Source: Camelus dromedarius
Taxonomy: Eukaryota
DNA length: 64,000 nucleotides
Direction of reading: 5' to 3'
Assembly (NCBI RefSeq): GCF_036321535.1
Contig: NC_087437.1
Span: 105,836,001 to 105,900,000 of the forward strand
The notes under the pieces were generated by a model, which searched no databases, had not been told where the DNA came from, and saw nothing but the letters and a program-made list of their open reading frames with translations. Positions 24,770 to 36,570 of the stretch are shown piece by piece (the stretch's first letter is position 1; the number at the start of each line of letters is the position of its first letter). Position numbers and translations under genes: made by a program.

Positions 24770-25303
24770 TATTTCAAGAGTGGAGGGTGAGAGAATAGTC
24801 ATATTTCCCAGGTCTTGGAGGAGTTCCTGGGATCTGCCACCAAGTGAGGGTCCTTGTCTTTGCTCAAGAGCGAGCCAAAGTAAGGCAAAAGCAGGTTTAT
24901 TTAGAGAGACACACATTCCACAGGCACAACGCAGTCTGTCCCAGAGGTGCGAGTGGCCCCAGGGTGTGGGGGTAGTTAGTTTTAATGGGCTGGGTAGTTT
25001 CATAGCTACTGAGTGGGAGGAATAATCTAACGATTTGGGGGAAGGGGTGGGGATTTCTAGGAATTGAGCCCCTGCTCACATTCTGGCCCTTTACGGTCAG
25101 CCTGGGAACTGTCATGGGACCTGTGGGTCTATCATTTACCATGCTCATGTACTACGATGAGCTTATAGTGAGGCTCAAGCTCTACCAGAAGTCAAATCTT
25201 CCACCATCTTGAACTTAGTTGGTTCTAACCAGTTCTTGTTGCATCCTCAATGGCTATGTCATTCTTTTAATGGATATGCCCTGCCCTCTTCCTTCCTGTC
25301 TCA
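24770..25303 (-). mobile_element. ERV1-type solo LTR
   Basis: Minus strand begins TGAGACAGGAAGGAAGAGGGCAGGGC, with AATAAA at about 24896-24901; TSD AAAC (24766-24769, 25304-25307); 3' terminal CA degenerate. Confidence 0.85.
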
Positions 25304-26651
25304 AAACTATTGCATGGTGTTTTTCCCAAGTGGTCGGGAGTTGATTGCCCTGAAAGGGATGTAAACTACAAACATTAAGCTGAAGAGAAAAGAATAGATT
25401 CAAAACTTGGAAATAAATCCAAGGATCTTAATGCTTATTAAAACATCAGGAGTGAAATGAGAAGGTTGTGAAGAAGCAAGTGGAGGGGACTTGAAGCCTT
25501 GACTGCCTTCTCCTAGAGAAGGATTTATGGCTGCATCAGTTTCAGCCATACTTAATTGCTTGCATACGCACTTGTTTGCTTGATGTCATCAGATTGCTTT
25601 AATTTAATTACTCATTCAAGAAATATTTATTATTACATTCATTTTTTATTACTACAAGTCTTTCTGCAGTTACAATACTGCTGAATTACGTGGAAAATGA
25701 AAATGATGAGAAAGTTTCGTCCTTGTCCTGTTAATTGCTTTTAACTTGGCTCAATATGGAATAAACCTTGTTCATATCTGTGTGCCTAGGTTCCTAGAAT
25801 GAACACTAACGTGATTAAATGGTATCCAGTCTTAACATAGTTGGAGATTAGCAGGGAAGGGAAAATAAGCCACATGGAAATATAATACAAGCCATTATCA
25901 TCCACAAAATTAATTTTAGAAGTTTGTTATTAAGTTGAACCAGTAAATTACTTTATGGCCATCTTTTGGATTTTAATGGCAATGTAACTCTTCAGCCAGA
26001 TAGAAAATACTCAATAACTGAACTGCAATTTTCAAGGCTAAATCCAGAAATTAGTTCACCTAGAGAGCAACACAGAAATAATGACTCTCTGATTTCTTTG
26101 GAGGCAGGGAAGTAATAACAATTTTGTCTACAAGGTAGAAGCAAGCAAATGAGAAATTCCAGAGTAAAAGTATAAGCAGCTATTAACCAGATGTTCTATA
26201 CTGACATACTACTTACACATTTTTCTCCCTAGATTCTTTTTTCTTTTAAAATTCCAAACTGTAAGGAACAGTCATGTGTGAATTGGATAGAAACATAAAA
26301 TATACCAATGTCAATTATAAAAATCTCACTAGTTTTACATGTCAGTACTCATCTCACCTGCAGAACTTACACCTCTGGGGTTGTCCCTGTAAAAGTCCAG
26401 AAGAGACTGCAAACATCTCCTGCATGAATGACACAAGAAAGTCTTTCTGTTGTTTGAAATTCTTTGTCCATGATTTCTGTTTCTTCTCTGCCCACATCTC
26501 TCTCAGCTGTGTCCTTTGGAAATGAGTAGTTTTGGTAACTTTCTTTCTTAAAGAATCATATACATCCTATTCTTACCCAAAGGGTTTCTGCTGAGATAAG
26601 ATGTTTCTGGGATGCACACAGCTGCACAGACACAGAAACAGACATGCAGGT

Positions 26652-26652
<1 letters not shown>

Positions 26653-26682
<30 letters not shown>
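26653..26682. repeat. (CA)15 microsatellite
   Basis: Read directly from the sequence. Confidence 0.95.
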
Positions 26683-26685
<3 letters not shown>

Positions 26686-26796
26686 CTACTTTGGTTAGCA
26701 AAAATTGTTATTCTTTAGCAAGTTCATCACTGTCTCTTTGGTGGCTGGAATTAGACAAGGAACTATCTCTGTTAAAAACTCACTCAAGAGTTCATT

Positions 26797-26927
26797 GTTT
26801 TGTTTTGTTTTGTTTTGTTTTGTTTTGTTTTGTTTTGTTTTGTTTTAATAGAGGTACTGGCGGTTGAACACAGGACCTCATGCATGCTAAGCGTGTATTC
26901 TACCACGGAGCCATCCCCCCCATCCCC
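26797..26927 (-). mobile_element. Vic-1-type camelid tRNA-derived SINE with (AAAAC)n tail
   Basis: Minus strand GGGGATGGGGGGGATGGCTCCGTGGTAGAATACACGCTTAGCATGCATGAGGTCCTGTGTTCAACCGCCAGTACCTC; TSD AGAGTTCATT (26787-26796, 26929-26938). Confidence 0.9.
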
Positions 26928-27479
26928 TAGAGTTCATTTTTCACAGCACTCACTCCACTCTGCTGTCTTGGCCTTCAGATTAACTGTTCTGTTTCTCTGT
27001 GTACTTCTCTCTTAAATGTTGAGTTCAAAGATTCAGAAAACTAAAACAAAGGAAGAGTTCTATAAGAAATATCCAAACGTTTAGTATTTTACCCTCCAGC
27101 TGACTTAAAAGATTTTTTTTTCCTCAAAAGTACATATTATCAGATTAATTCTTTTGTTCCATGTTTGGATGAATGAAAGTCTTCATTCAATAAAGACTGT
27201 TATTCTGTTAAAACCAACAGCAGGCATGCAAAATTCCATGGCAATATTAGAAAAATATTTCCTGCAGGATCAGAAAAGAGTCATCCTGTGCAGCATTTTA
27301 CTGAGTTTGAGTCTCTCCAGTTGAAGTTTAGATATTTTCAATGTTTCCCGATCAATTCACAGCTTTTGTGTCAGTGGGTAGAAAGTGGCTCTGGGCCCAG
27401 TTGTGTGAGTTCAACATTCTAAGCTATTGATGCCTTTTCCAGCGGACTGTGTTTCTCTGAAAGAATCAAAAAAGGATGG

Positions 27480-27916
27480 TGTCAATAAAAAATTAATCAG
27501 TCGATCTAAGAAAGAAATGGAAAATTTTATTCAAGCTAAATTGAGGATTATAACCCAGGAGAATCTCAGAAAGCTCCAGCAACTGTTAGAAGTCAAAGCA
27601 CAGTTATTTAAGCTTTTTGAGAAGCAGGGCTGTATATTAAATGACCTATAATTGACAGTTTACACAATCTGGATCTAAGCATTACTGTGGCCCCTTACAA
27701 GAGCAAGAAGGAATATTGTCCTTAAGGAATTGTCTTGTTGATGCTAGGAGAACGTTGCTGATGGAATAGGTATTTCTGCCAGTGGAGGAGGTTTGGTCGA
27801 TGCGTAACGCAGATACACAATGCTCAGTAGAGAGGACAGAGGTTGCCAAAGGGTAAAGAAAATTTTTCATGTTTGAATTTTTCCTATCTTTCCATAAAAC
27901 ATGAATACGTTTCACA
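27480..27916 (-). mobile_element. ERV1-type solo LTR (MER4/MER34-group-like)
   Basis: TGTCAATAAAAAATTAATC...CGTTTCACA termini, TTTATT (minus-strand polyA signal) near 27527; TSD ATGG/AAGG with one mismatch. Confidence 0.8.
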
Positions 27917-28524
27917 AAGGCAAACAGAAAGTACACTTTTGACTTAAGCATCATAAAAGCAGATTCTATCTCAGTTTCCATTTCACTTTTAATTATGACT
28001 AAATAAGGTGATACAAAATTTTGATTAGTGAAAACCTTGACCTCTTGTCATAGCAGGTGAAAACACATCCTTCCCTTAGAATCAAATTACATGACTGTGT
28101 TATCTGAAAAAGGAACGCTCTCATAAAGGAATTTTTCTAATTTGCCTATCTGAATAGGGCATCAGTTTGTCTAATTGAGTACTACATTGTTAGTCTTGGT
28201 AAAACTAGATTTTTTTCTTGGTATCAGATTGTTTTCCAAATCCAAATGGTCAATACTAAATAATCCTATACCACTTAAGGAACCGATTTGTTTATAAAAC
28301 TTGCAACCAATTGATTTTAGCAGGCCTGCTTCAAGGCACCATTATCCATGTTCAATGTGTTAAGCAGGACATACTGTACCTGCCAAGGTTATAGCTGCTG
28401 GTCCTTGACCACAGTTTCCACATAAGGGTTAGGCCTGGCTTTTGCTTTAGCATCTGTGGCATGGGTTGCATCTGTCCTATCCGACCAGTGAATGAGCCAC
28501 TGGAAAGCACCTGGCCCAAAGACA

Positions 28525-28970
28525 TGCACGGCCAAAAATGTTCACTCCCAAAAAGATGTGTCCACATCCTAATCCCTGGAACCTCTGAATGGGACCTTAT
28601 TTTGAAATCAGGTCTTTACAGGTATAATTAAAAATCTCGAGATGAGATCATTCAAATGGATCCTGAATTCTATGACAGGAGTCCCTCATAAGAGACAAGA
28701 GAGAAGGCATAGACCCAGAGGAGAACATCATGTGAAGACAGAGGCCAAGACTAGCAGGATGCAGCCACAAGCCAAGGACCATCAGGAGCCACCAGAAAGT
28801 GGAAGAGGCAAGGAAGAATTCTTTTCTAGAATTTTTGGAGGGACCACAGCCCTGCCAACACCTTGATTTTGAAGTCCTGGCTTTCAGAACTGTAAGATAG
28901 TAAATCTCTGTTGTTTCAAGCCTCCAATTTTATAGAACTTTGTTTACAGGAGCCCTAGGAAACCAATATA
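28525..28970 (+). mobile_element. MLT1B/C-type MaLR LTR
   Basis: GTCCACATCCTAATCCCTGGAACC, CATGTGAAGACAGAGGC, GCAGCCACAAGCCAAGGA, CCCTGCCAACACCTTGATTTTG, CCCTAGGAAACCAATA. Confidence 0.9.
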
Positions 28971-30174
28971 AAAATGCAGTCTGGAAAGTGGCTAAGAAGG
29001 TGGGCCTCACTCAGCCTATCGGGGACATTGGTGATTACATTGTCCCACCAGGTCTTTCTCTGAGAGTCTGGAAATAAAATACAGAAATGAATCAAGATGC
29101 TCATAACTGGAGGAAAACTGAGAAGGAGCACAAAGAGAAGAAAAGACAGAGAGAGGAGCTGTGTCAGGTTCATGGAGAAACAAAAGGAAGGGTGGGGTGA
29201 GATGAAGAAAACAGCTGAGTCAGGGCACCCTACCCCTCCCAGCTTACTGTGATAAAAAAAACCTTAAGTTACTGCAATTCCCATTTCTAGGCATAAACTC
29301 CCACAACTAGAGCAACCTCTGCTGTTTGTAACCAAAAAGTTTTTATTAACACAAACACTCTGAAAAAGCAATACGGGTTTGCTGTGGTCAAGTTTAACAG
29401 CGGAGCTAACTAGACTTAAACATATCCAGTCATAATCAGCCCTGCTTTGTTCTCTAGAGCAGGACTATGATGCATCAAACTAGCAACTGCCAGGTTCAAG
29501 AGCATACGTAAAGCTGCATAGAATTTCCTACAGCTACAGGTGTGCCAAGGTGGGGTAGCCGGTCATCCTCGTGAGACTACCAGTCAGTTAGCCCAGCCCC
29601 ACAAGAGCCCATGAACAGGACCTCCAGCAGGTTATAGTGTTCAAAGAATATCTCCTTATCAGAAGTCATCCCCTCTCAAAAAATTTAAAATTAAATTATC
29701 AGCTTTGCCCAGGAAATTGTATTTCAAAACATAATCCAGTACTATTCACCCAATCATTTCAGTTTTTCAAGATCAATTTTAATTCAAATTTAATGACCAG
29801 TAGAATTGACTCATTAGCTAACCATCGTTTTACTAAATTACTTTTATAGTATGCTTGTTCTCAAAAAAAAAAAAAAAAGTAAGAAAATTTAAAAAAAAGA
29901 AAGGCCACATGAAGAATTCTTTAGAATAAGTTAAAATTGTTTATTATTTTTCCCTACAGATAAAGGCCAAGATAAAGTAATATCTAACAGAATTTAGTAG
30001 CAAAACAAATTTCCCCTTTGTTGGAGAAAGGTCATGCTTACTCTTAAAAAATCATGAAAATTATGTTTTTAGCCTTTTTTTTTTTTCCATTTTATCTTGG
30101 TTATCAGGAAGCCTGGATTCCAGTGCAATAATTACACTCACTGTTCGAGTGCACTTCAAAAGGGCAGTTCTTCA

Positions 30175-30325
30175 AGGGGACATAGTGTTTATGAACACAG
30201 ATTTTAGGATCTGTCATCATTGCATTTCAATCCTGACTCTGCCTTCTAATAGCTGTGTGACCTTGGGAATGTCACTTACTCTCTCTGAGCCTCTGTTGCC
30301 CATCTATGAAATGGAGATAATACAT
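30175..30325 (+). mobile_element. MIR SINE
   Basis: CTCTGCCTTCTAATAGCTGTGTGACCTTGGGAATGTCACTTACTCTCTCTGAGCCTCTG...CATCTATGAAATGGAGATAATA. Confidence 0.85.
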
Positions 30326-31964
30326 ATGAAATACTCAGAAATGGACCTGACACTAGCATCTCCTCACCACATTTATGTCTCTATTTTTGCCTTAATACCT
30401 TTATTCTGGATACTTTTTTTATTCTTTTTGTGAAGAAGTAAAATATGAATATAAATATTAAACATAGGAAGGGAATACTTGATTTTTAAAAACAGAGCCT
30501 GAAAAGTTTAGATACGTGGGTTAATAGATGCAACTGTAGAGCCAAAATGACCATGTGCTGAATTTCTGAGCTTTCTCTATATTCCTCCTTTTAAAAATAT
30601 GTCTATTCATGGTTAGGTAAGTTAGAGCAAATGCAGACAAAACGTGGCATCTGGGACCACCAAGCAATGCCTGTTCAAAAAGGTGAAACCTTTGGCAATT
30701 TCTCCTTATTGACAGAGATAGGAATTAATCTTAACAGTCAGTCACAGGGGGGCTATTTTCACTGTGCCCTAAAGTATCAGTCCGCTTCCCTTTGCTCCAG
30801 CATAAATCTCATTCTTGGAGAGAACTGCAGCATGGTTTCTCCAAATAGAGGAAGCACTGATTCAAAAGATAGAGCAAAATTTGAACGATGTAGAAATGAA
30901 CTGCTAAAGAAAATACAGTCATGCATTAAGGCTTCGTAAATCTAAATAATGATGCATTTTGAGTCAGATTTGCAACATCCAGCAGGCATAAATATGTGTG
31001 AATTACTGAAGAAAAGTCCTAGCCAAAAAAAAAAAAATTCAGGAGGCAGTCAATAGAAATATTTACGATATAAGAACAGACTTCTACTCTAAAATGCAAC
31101 CCTACATCAAATCATATTGGAACTAGGGAAAGGTTTGGGAAACTTTTAAAGCTTCATTTTTAGCTCTCTTGCTAATTTCTTTAATTCAATATAGTGTCAA
31201 GAGACAAAGATTCCGTTATGTTAACACCTCTTCTAAAAAACTTCTAGCTCAAGAAGAAAATAGAGTTGAAGAATTTAAAAATGCATCATGTCAAAGTCTT
31301 CAAATTCAGAAGCTATAGGCATGCAAATCTTTGTATGCCAGGTAATTATCTCAGTTATTAGCTGTTTTGTCAATCAACTATACCTGTCAAGTACTTGGTT
31401 TCATTGTCCTATCAAAATCTTTACTAAGGGTTTGTTGCATTGATTGATACAGAAAGGTTATTATCAATACTTATAAGTTTACAAATATGAAGAGTAATTG
31501 ATCTATAACCCACAAAATTAAGCTTGTATCCCAAGATGTCCTAAGCAAGGACCACAGATTCTGAGTTCTGTCTTTAATCCTATCAACAGATTTTCATCAT
31601 GTCTGGTATCTTATAGATCAAAATAAAATGGCACAAATTCTGTCCAGTTGCATTGGTTGTGGCCTTTTTCCGTATGTTAGTCATCACAACTGAGGTCAGA
31701 GTGGTAAAGAATCTTGCCTTTGATTCTTCTTCCATTTGATTCAAAGTAAAAATTAAATATTCCACTGACAATACTCAATTATTAATGCAAATTGTATTTA
31801 TTCCATGTCTAATATATATTAAGTTCTTATAAATTTTACCTCATAAACAATGACTCCTCCATAACAATCCCCACATGGTTGTGAATTTGGATAGAGAAAC
31901 AGTAAATTGGTTATTACAGAAAGTTTACTGAGTTTTGTAACAATCAAGAGTTTCTCTAATCATA

Positions 31965-32437
31965 GAAAAAAATCCCAAAGATGTCACAATCCCCAGAATC
32001 TGTGAATGCATTACCTTACAAGGACTTTACAGATGTAACTAGGTTAAGGATCTTGAGATGGGAAGATGATTTTGGATTAGCTAGGTGGGCCCAATTTAAT
32101 CACAAGAGTCCATAAAACAGGGAGAGAGTGCAGTTAATTGAAAAACCCTAAAGGGGTAGGCAGAGAGAGAAACTGGAAGACGTTCAACTGTTGACTTTGA
32201 AGATGGAGACTGGGGCTGCAGCCAAAGAATGCAGGTGGCCTCTACGCTAGATTAGGCAAGGAAATAAATTCTCCCCTAGACCTTCCAGAGGAAATGAGGC
32301 TCTGACAAATACTTGATGTTAGCCCAGTAAGACCCATTTCGAACTTTTGCCTTCCAGAACTGTAAGAGAAAAAAACTGTTGCTTTAATCCATTGAGTTTA
32401 TAATATTTCCTCACAGCACCTACAGGAACCTAATGCA
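31965..32437 (+). mobile_element. MLT1D-type MaLR LTR
   Basis: GGTTAAGGATCTTGAGATGGGA, GGTGGGCCCAAT, GCCAAAGAATGCAGGTGGCCTCTA, TTAGCCCAGTAAGACCCAT, CCTTCCAGAACTGTAAGA. Confidence 0.9.
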
Positions 32438-33059
32438 CTCAGTTATTTCAAATGTTCTGTATTTTAATTCATATTTGTGCATGGAGTTCATGCAGGTGTA
32501 ACAAAGACAGTATACAAATAAGAGAAGACCCTAATTAGACCCCATGGGGTAAAAACTGCTCTTTACCTGTTCTTCCAAACTTAAGTAGCAAAATCTTGTG
32601 TAGTGATCTCTTTTTGGCCCAACTAGAGACTTCTTAAAGTACTTAAAAATTCTTTTATAAGGACTTCATAAAGCAACTGGTATTGGTTAAGAATTATTTG
32701 AACTGTGATATAAAAGTATTTACTAAATAAGTGAGTTATTAAAATTGCAGATAAATTGATTATATTTTATTATGCAATTTTCATGGTTCATGCCTTCCTC
32801 ACTAAGAAATTTGTAAAATCATTCATTCATCATGGTTAAGGGAAATGTGTTAAGTGCTCTCTGAATGGAGTTGGCTTCATTTTTTTCTTGGTTCTGCGAT
32901 ACCCACAGTCCTCTTGAATTTTGAGCTTCCCTGTATCAGTATGAAATGTTAATCCATGCATAATTCTGCCTATCTGTCTAAATTTCATTCAAAATTCAGA
33001 ATCTTAAATCCAGGATTCTTTTTACTAACAACTATACTTATTCTGATTTTCCATCAACT

Positions 33060-33170
33060 CCAATTTCATTCAACAAGTATCTACTGAATGTCTTTTGAGT
33101 GTCATCTTTTGTTCAGGGTACAAAAATGGCAAAAATTCCTGTTTTTTGGAGTTTACCTCTAGTGGGTCTT
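33060..33170 (-). mobile_element. L2 LINE 3' fragment
   Basis: TTCATTCAACAAGTATCTACTGAATGTC...GGAGTTTACCTCTAGTGG. Confidence 0.5.
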
Positions 33171-36125
33171 GAGCAAATATGTGAAGCAATAAATTCTCTT
33201 TCAGTGGAAGTAAGGTCATCGTAAGTATGGATCTATTGCAACCATGTCCAAAAACCAGAGAATGTTTTCTTCTTTCTCACTGATGGAAAGAGAAGGTGTG
33301 TGGGTGGTAGGAAGTAAGGAAAGTGAGACAGAAAGGAACATTAGAGAGGGAGTATTCAGTGGCCCTACTGACTGGGAACACACACAACTTTCCATGTGAA
33401 GTGCTTTTTCAAAAAATCTTCACCCATTAATAAAACTTTCAATGATGATTTCCTCCAGTGCCCAGGTGAGAATCTCCCGTGGTCCAGAAGTATCTGGACT
33501 TGCTGCTGAATGGGTCCATGTCTGTATATCCATCATCCACAGTGTCTTCACCATGGATGAGGAAGATGAGCCAGTGAGAGCTGTCATGGCTTAGACCTTG
33601 CACACTGCAACCTGTGGGTTCTTGGCTAAGAAACTAATCAAGAGTCATGATACTACAAGCCTTAGCGATGGATAAGAGGCAGTGAAGCCCAGCTGTCAGA
33701 ATACACCCTGGGCTCCCAAATGCCTTTAGGGAAGATTTTTCACCTCTTTGGGCTTCTCTTTCAACATATGTTGACTAAGAATTTTAATTTGATAAATTTT
33801 ATATTCCTTTCAAGCTCTAACATTCTATGATTCTATTCAAGTTACATATTAAGATACGTAAATCCAGAGCCTCTGAAGTTTATCCCTGTATGTAACATGT
33901 TTAATAATGTATGAATTGTGTATCAATTCACAATCCCACTTTCTCTCCTGAAGAACATGGGACGTAAAAATCTTTGGAAAACTACTTTCTTTCAAAATAC
34001 TGCTACCCTAAACACATAGGCACTGCCAACTATGTTTACATTCTTAAATCGTGTGTCTGTGTAAATAGATTCCATATGGCTTAATCTCTTAAGAAATATG
34101 GTTTCTTACATCACATTTGTGAAAGGGCAATATAAGAATTCCTTTACTTGATCTGAGATAATATTTCAGTATTTTTTTCTTTCCAGATTATAAAGGATTC
34201 TACCTTATTTTTACGGGATAATTGAGGATAACCCTCAATTAACTCAAAATCCTCAATGTGCTATATCATTTCACCCCTTTTATGAGATTTCTCTCTCAAA
34301 CACACACACGTGCACACACATGCATACATGCACACAAACGTGCATATCAAAATCTGATTAAAAACTAAGCAAAACACTTCCACAAAATTCCAGGAATCAG
34401 CACACATTTAGCTTCAGCTAAATTTTCAGATGGTGAAAATCCATCTAAATATAATCCATCTCCATAGAAGATTCTCAACACTAAAATGAAAAAAATCAAA
34501 TTCTTTATGTGCCAAACCCATTAGGTTACAAAAGCGAACTGAAATTCTCTATGGTTTCCTTCAGATAAAATCAAAACCATAAAAAGTGTTTTATGACTAA
34601 TCAGAAAACTCAATGACATAACATACGAATTTCTAAACACTCCAGCACAAAGTGAAATATACAAATGCATTTAAGTTTGTGTATTAATATTAAATTACAT
34701 GTAAATTACATTTTAAAATAAAAATGAGGTATTTGTTCAAAAGCACAAAACTTTCAGCAATAAGAAGCCAAAACCATCGTAGCTGAATCACCCACTGACA
34801 TATTATTAAATCAAGGGCACTTTTCTATATATAATTGAATATTGTCAAGATCAAGTGATTTTTTTCAAAGTTCAGCTGAGAATGATTTTGAATAACTTGT
34901 TACAGGCCCTCATGAAGCACCATAGAATATTCCATGAGGTATTCAGCATTTGGACACAATCATGAATATATTAACTGTCACATTTTCATGATCTCCTTAA
35001 AAATATTTTCCAAACACCTTGAGAGGTCTCAAAGGAACCATTTGAAGAAAGCCACATTCCAAGATACAGCTCTGTGAATGTGTGTACAGTTATTCTGAGA
35101 CAAAGTGACCCTCAGCCATTGAAAAGAGAGATTTGCCTGAGCAATGCCCAGTGGTAGGTTCTCACATTATTTTCAATCAGCAATTTTTCTTGAAGCACTG
35201 TCACTGGAAAGCCTATGAAGCACAGCCCCTTTGATAGATTCTGTCCTGAAGATAAAGAACAGTTATTTCTCCAGGCAGAACATGCTAAAGGAGAATTGTG
35301 TGTATCCACAGCAAATCTGGGCTGGGAGGAAGTATTGTTGCAATGACTCAACATTAGTGCGAAGTTAATGCAAACACGAAAGACTTATTTGTTCAAACAG
35401 GAAATAAATAACTAAGTGTGATGTTATATTCTACTAAAACACAATAAAAACTAAAACGTTGCCATCCTGAGAGTATTTTCATTAAATAAATAAGATGAAT
35501 TCTATGTATCAGGAACACTTAAACATATTTTATCAACCATTTAACCCTATTCGTTTTCTCACTGTGGAAGCAAATAAAATACCATTGTTTACCCCAAAAG
35601 TTGCTACAGGTTATCTATGAGTCAAGTAATCCAATTTTCAAAAAAGTGAATCAGTGTCTCTTTAAAATCCAAAAAATTTAGGACTTGCTAAGCTGCACAT
35701 TCAGGTTGATGAGGAATATGACGTCTTCAGAAAGAATGACAAGCATTTTGATACCAGAGGCTTGTCATAAATTTAAAGAGCATCTCACTTAGAACTCCTA
35801 GATCAGATCCAGGACCAGAAGATGAGTTCTCAGCAATACATGCTAATTAACTGGTTAGTTGATATTTCTAAAGGAAGTTCTCAAGAAGATTTTTCAAAAA
35901 TCCTTAGACTGCAAAAAATTTGGAAACCTATGTCCATCCCCTAAGTCCCATCCATCCTTAGATGTTCCTATTGCAAAATTAGTTGCTTCTTTTAACAGGC
36001 AATCTCTAAAATATGTTACAATAGTATGAAACATGAAAATGCAGACGTAAGAAATCTGCTGATGGTAAGATTTATGTGACTCTATATTAAAGGATGATGC
36101 TACAACAGACTATATACTGAGGGGG

Positions 36126-36570
36126 TGTTACTGAGTCCAAACTCGTTCTGCTCGCTGCACGACAGGCCAATAAATCGGGAAACGAGGTGTTGGGGCAAGG
36201 AATAGCGACTTTATTCGGAAAGCCAGCAGACTGAGAGGATGGCAGACTCATGTCTTGGAGAACCATCCTACTCAAATCAGAATACAGGCTCCTTTTATAC
36301 AAAAACAAAAAACAGGGGTGGGGGGAGCAGCGTAGTTGGTTGTTGCAAACTGCTTGGTGTAGGAATTCTTTGTTCCTGCAGCCATCCACGTGGGCCAGCT
36401 CATGGTGCTCCTGCAAAACCTCCAACAAAACAAACGTTATTCTCTCTTCTGCAACTTGTTATCTTTACGTGAGTGCAGAGCTAGCAAGACTGAGCCTAGG
36501 AAACAGGGCACAGTGGTTAAAACTAAAGGAATGATCAAATATGGAGTCAGATTTGTTCTTTGCTATTGCA
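36126..36570 (-). mobile_element. ERV1-type solo LTR
   Basis: TGTTACTGAGTCCAAACTCG...TGCTATTGCA termini, CTTTATT polyA signal, TTTTATA TATA box (minus strand), TSD GGGG (36122-36125, 36571-36574). Confidence 0.9.

Noticed and set aside
24766..25311. Apparent 8-bp TSD AAACTATT suggesting a hAT transposon
   Set aside because: The internal sequence is an LTR; a 4-bp AAAC TSD plus a mutated TGTT terminus explains it better.
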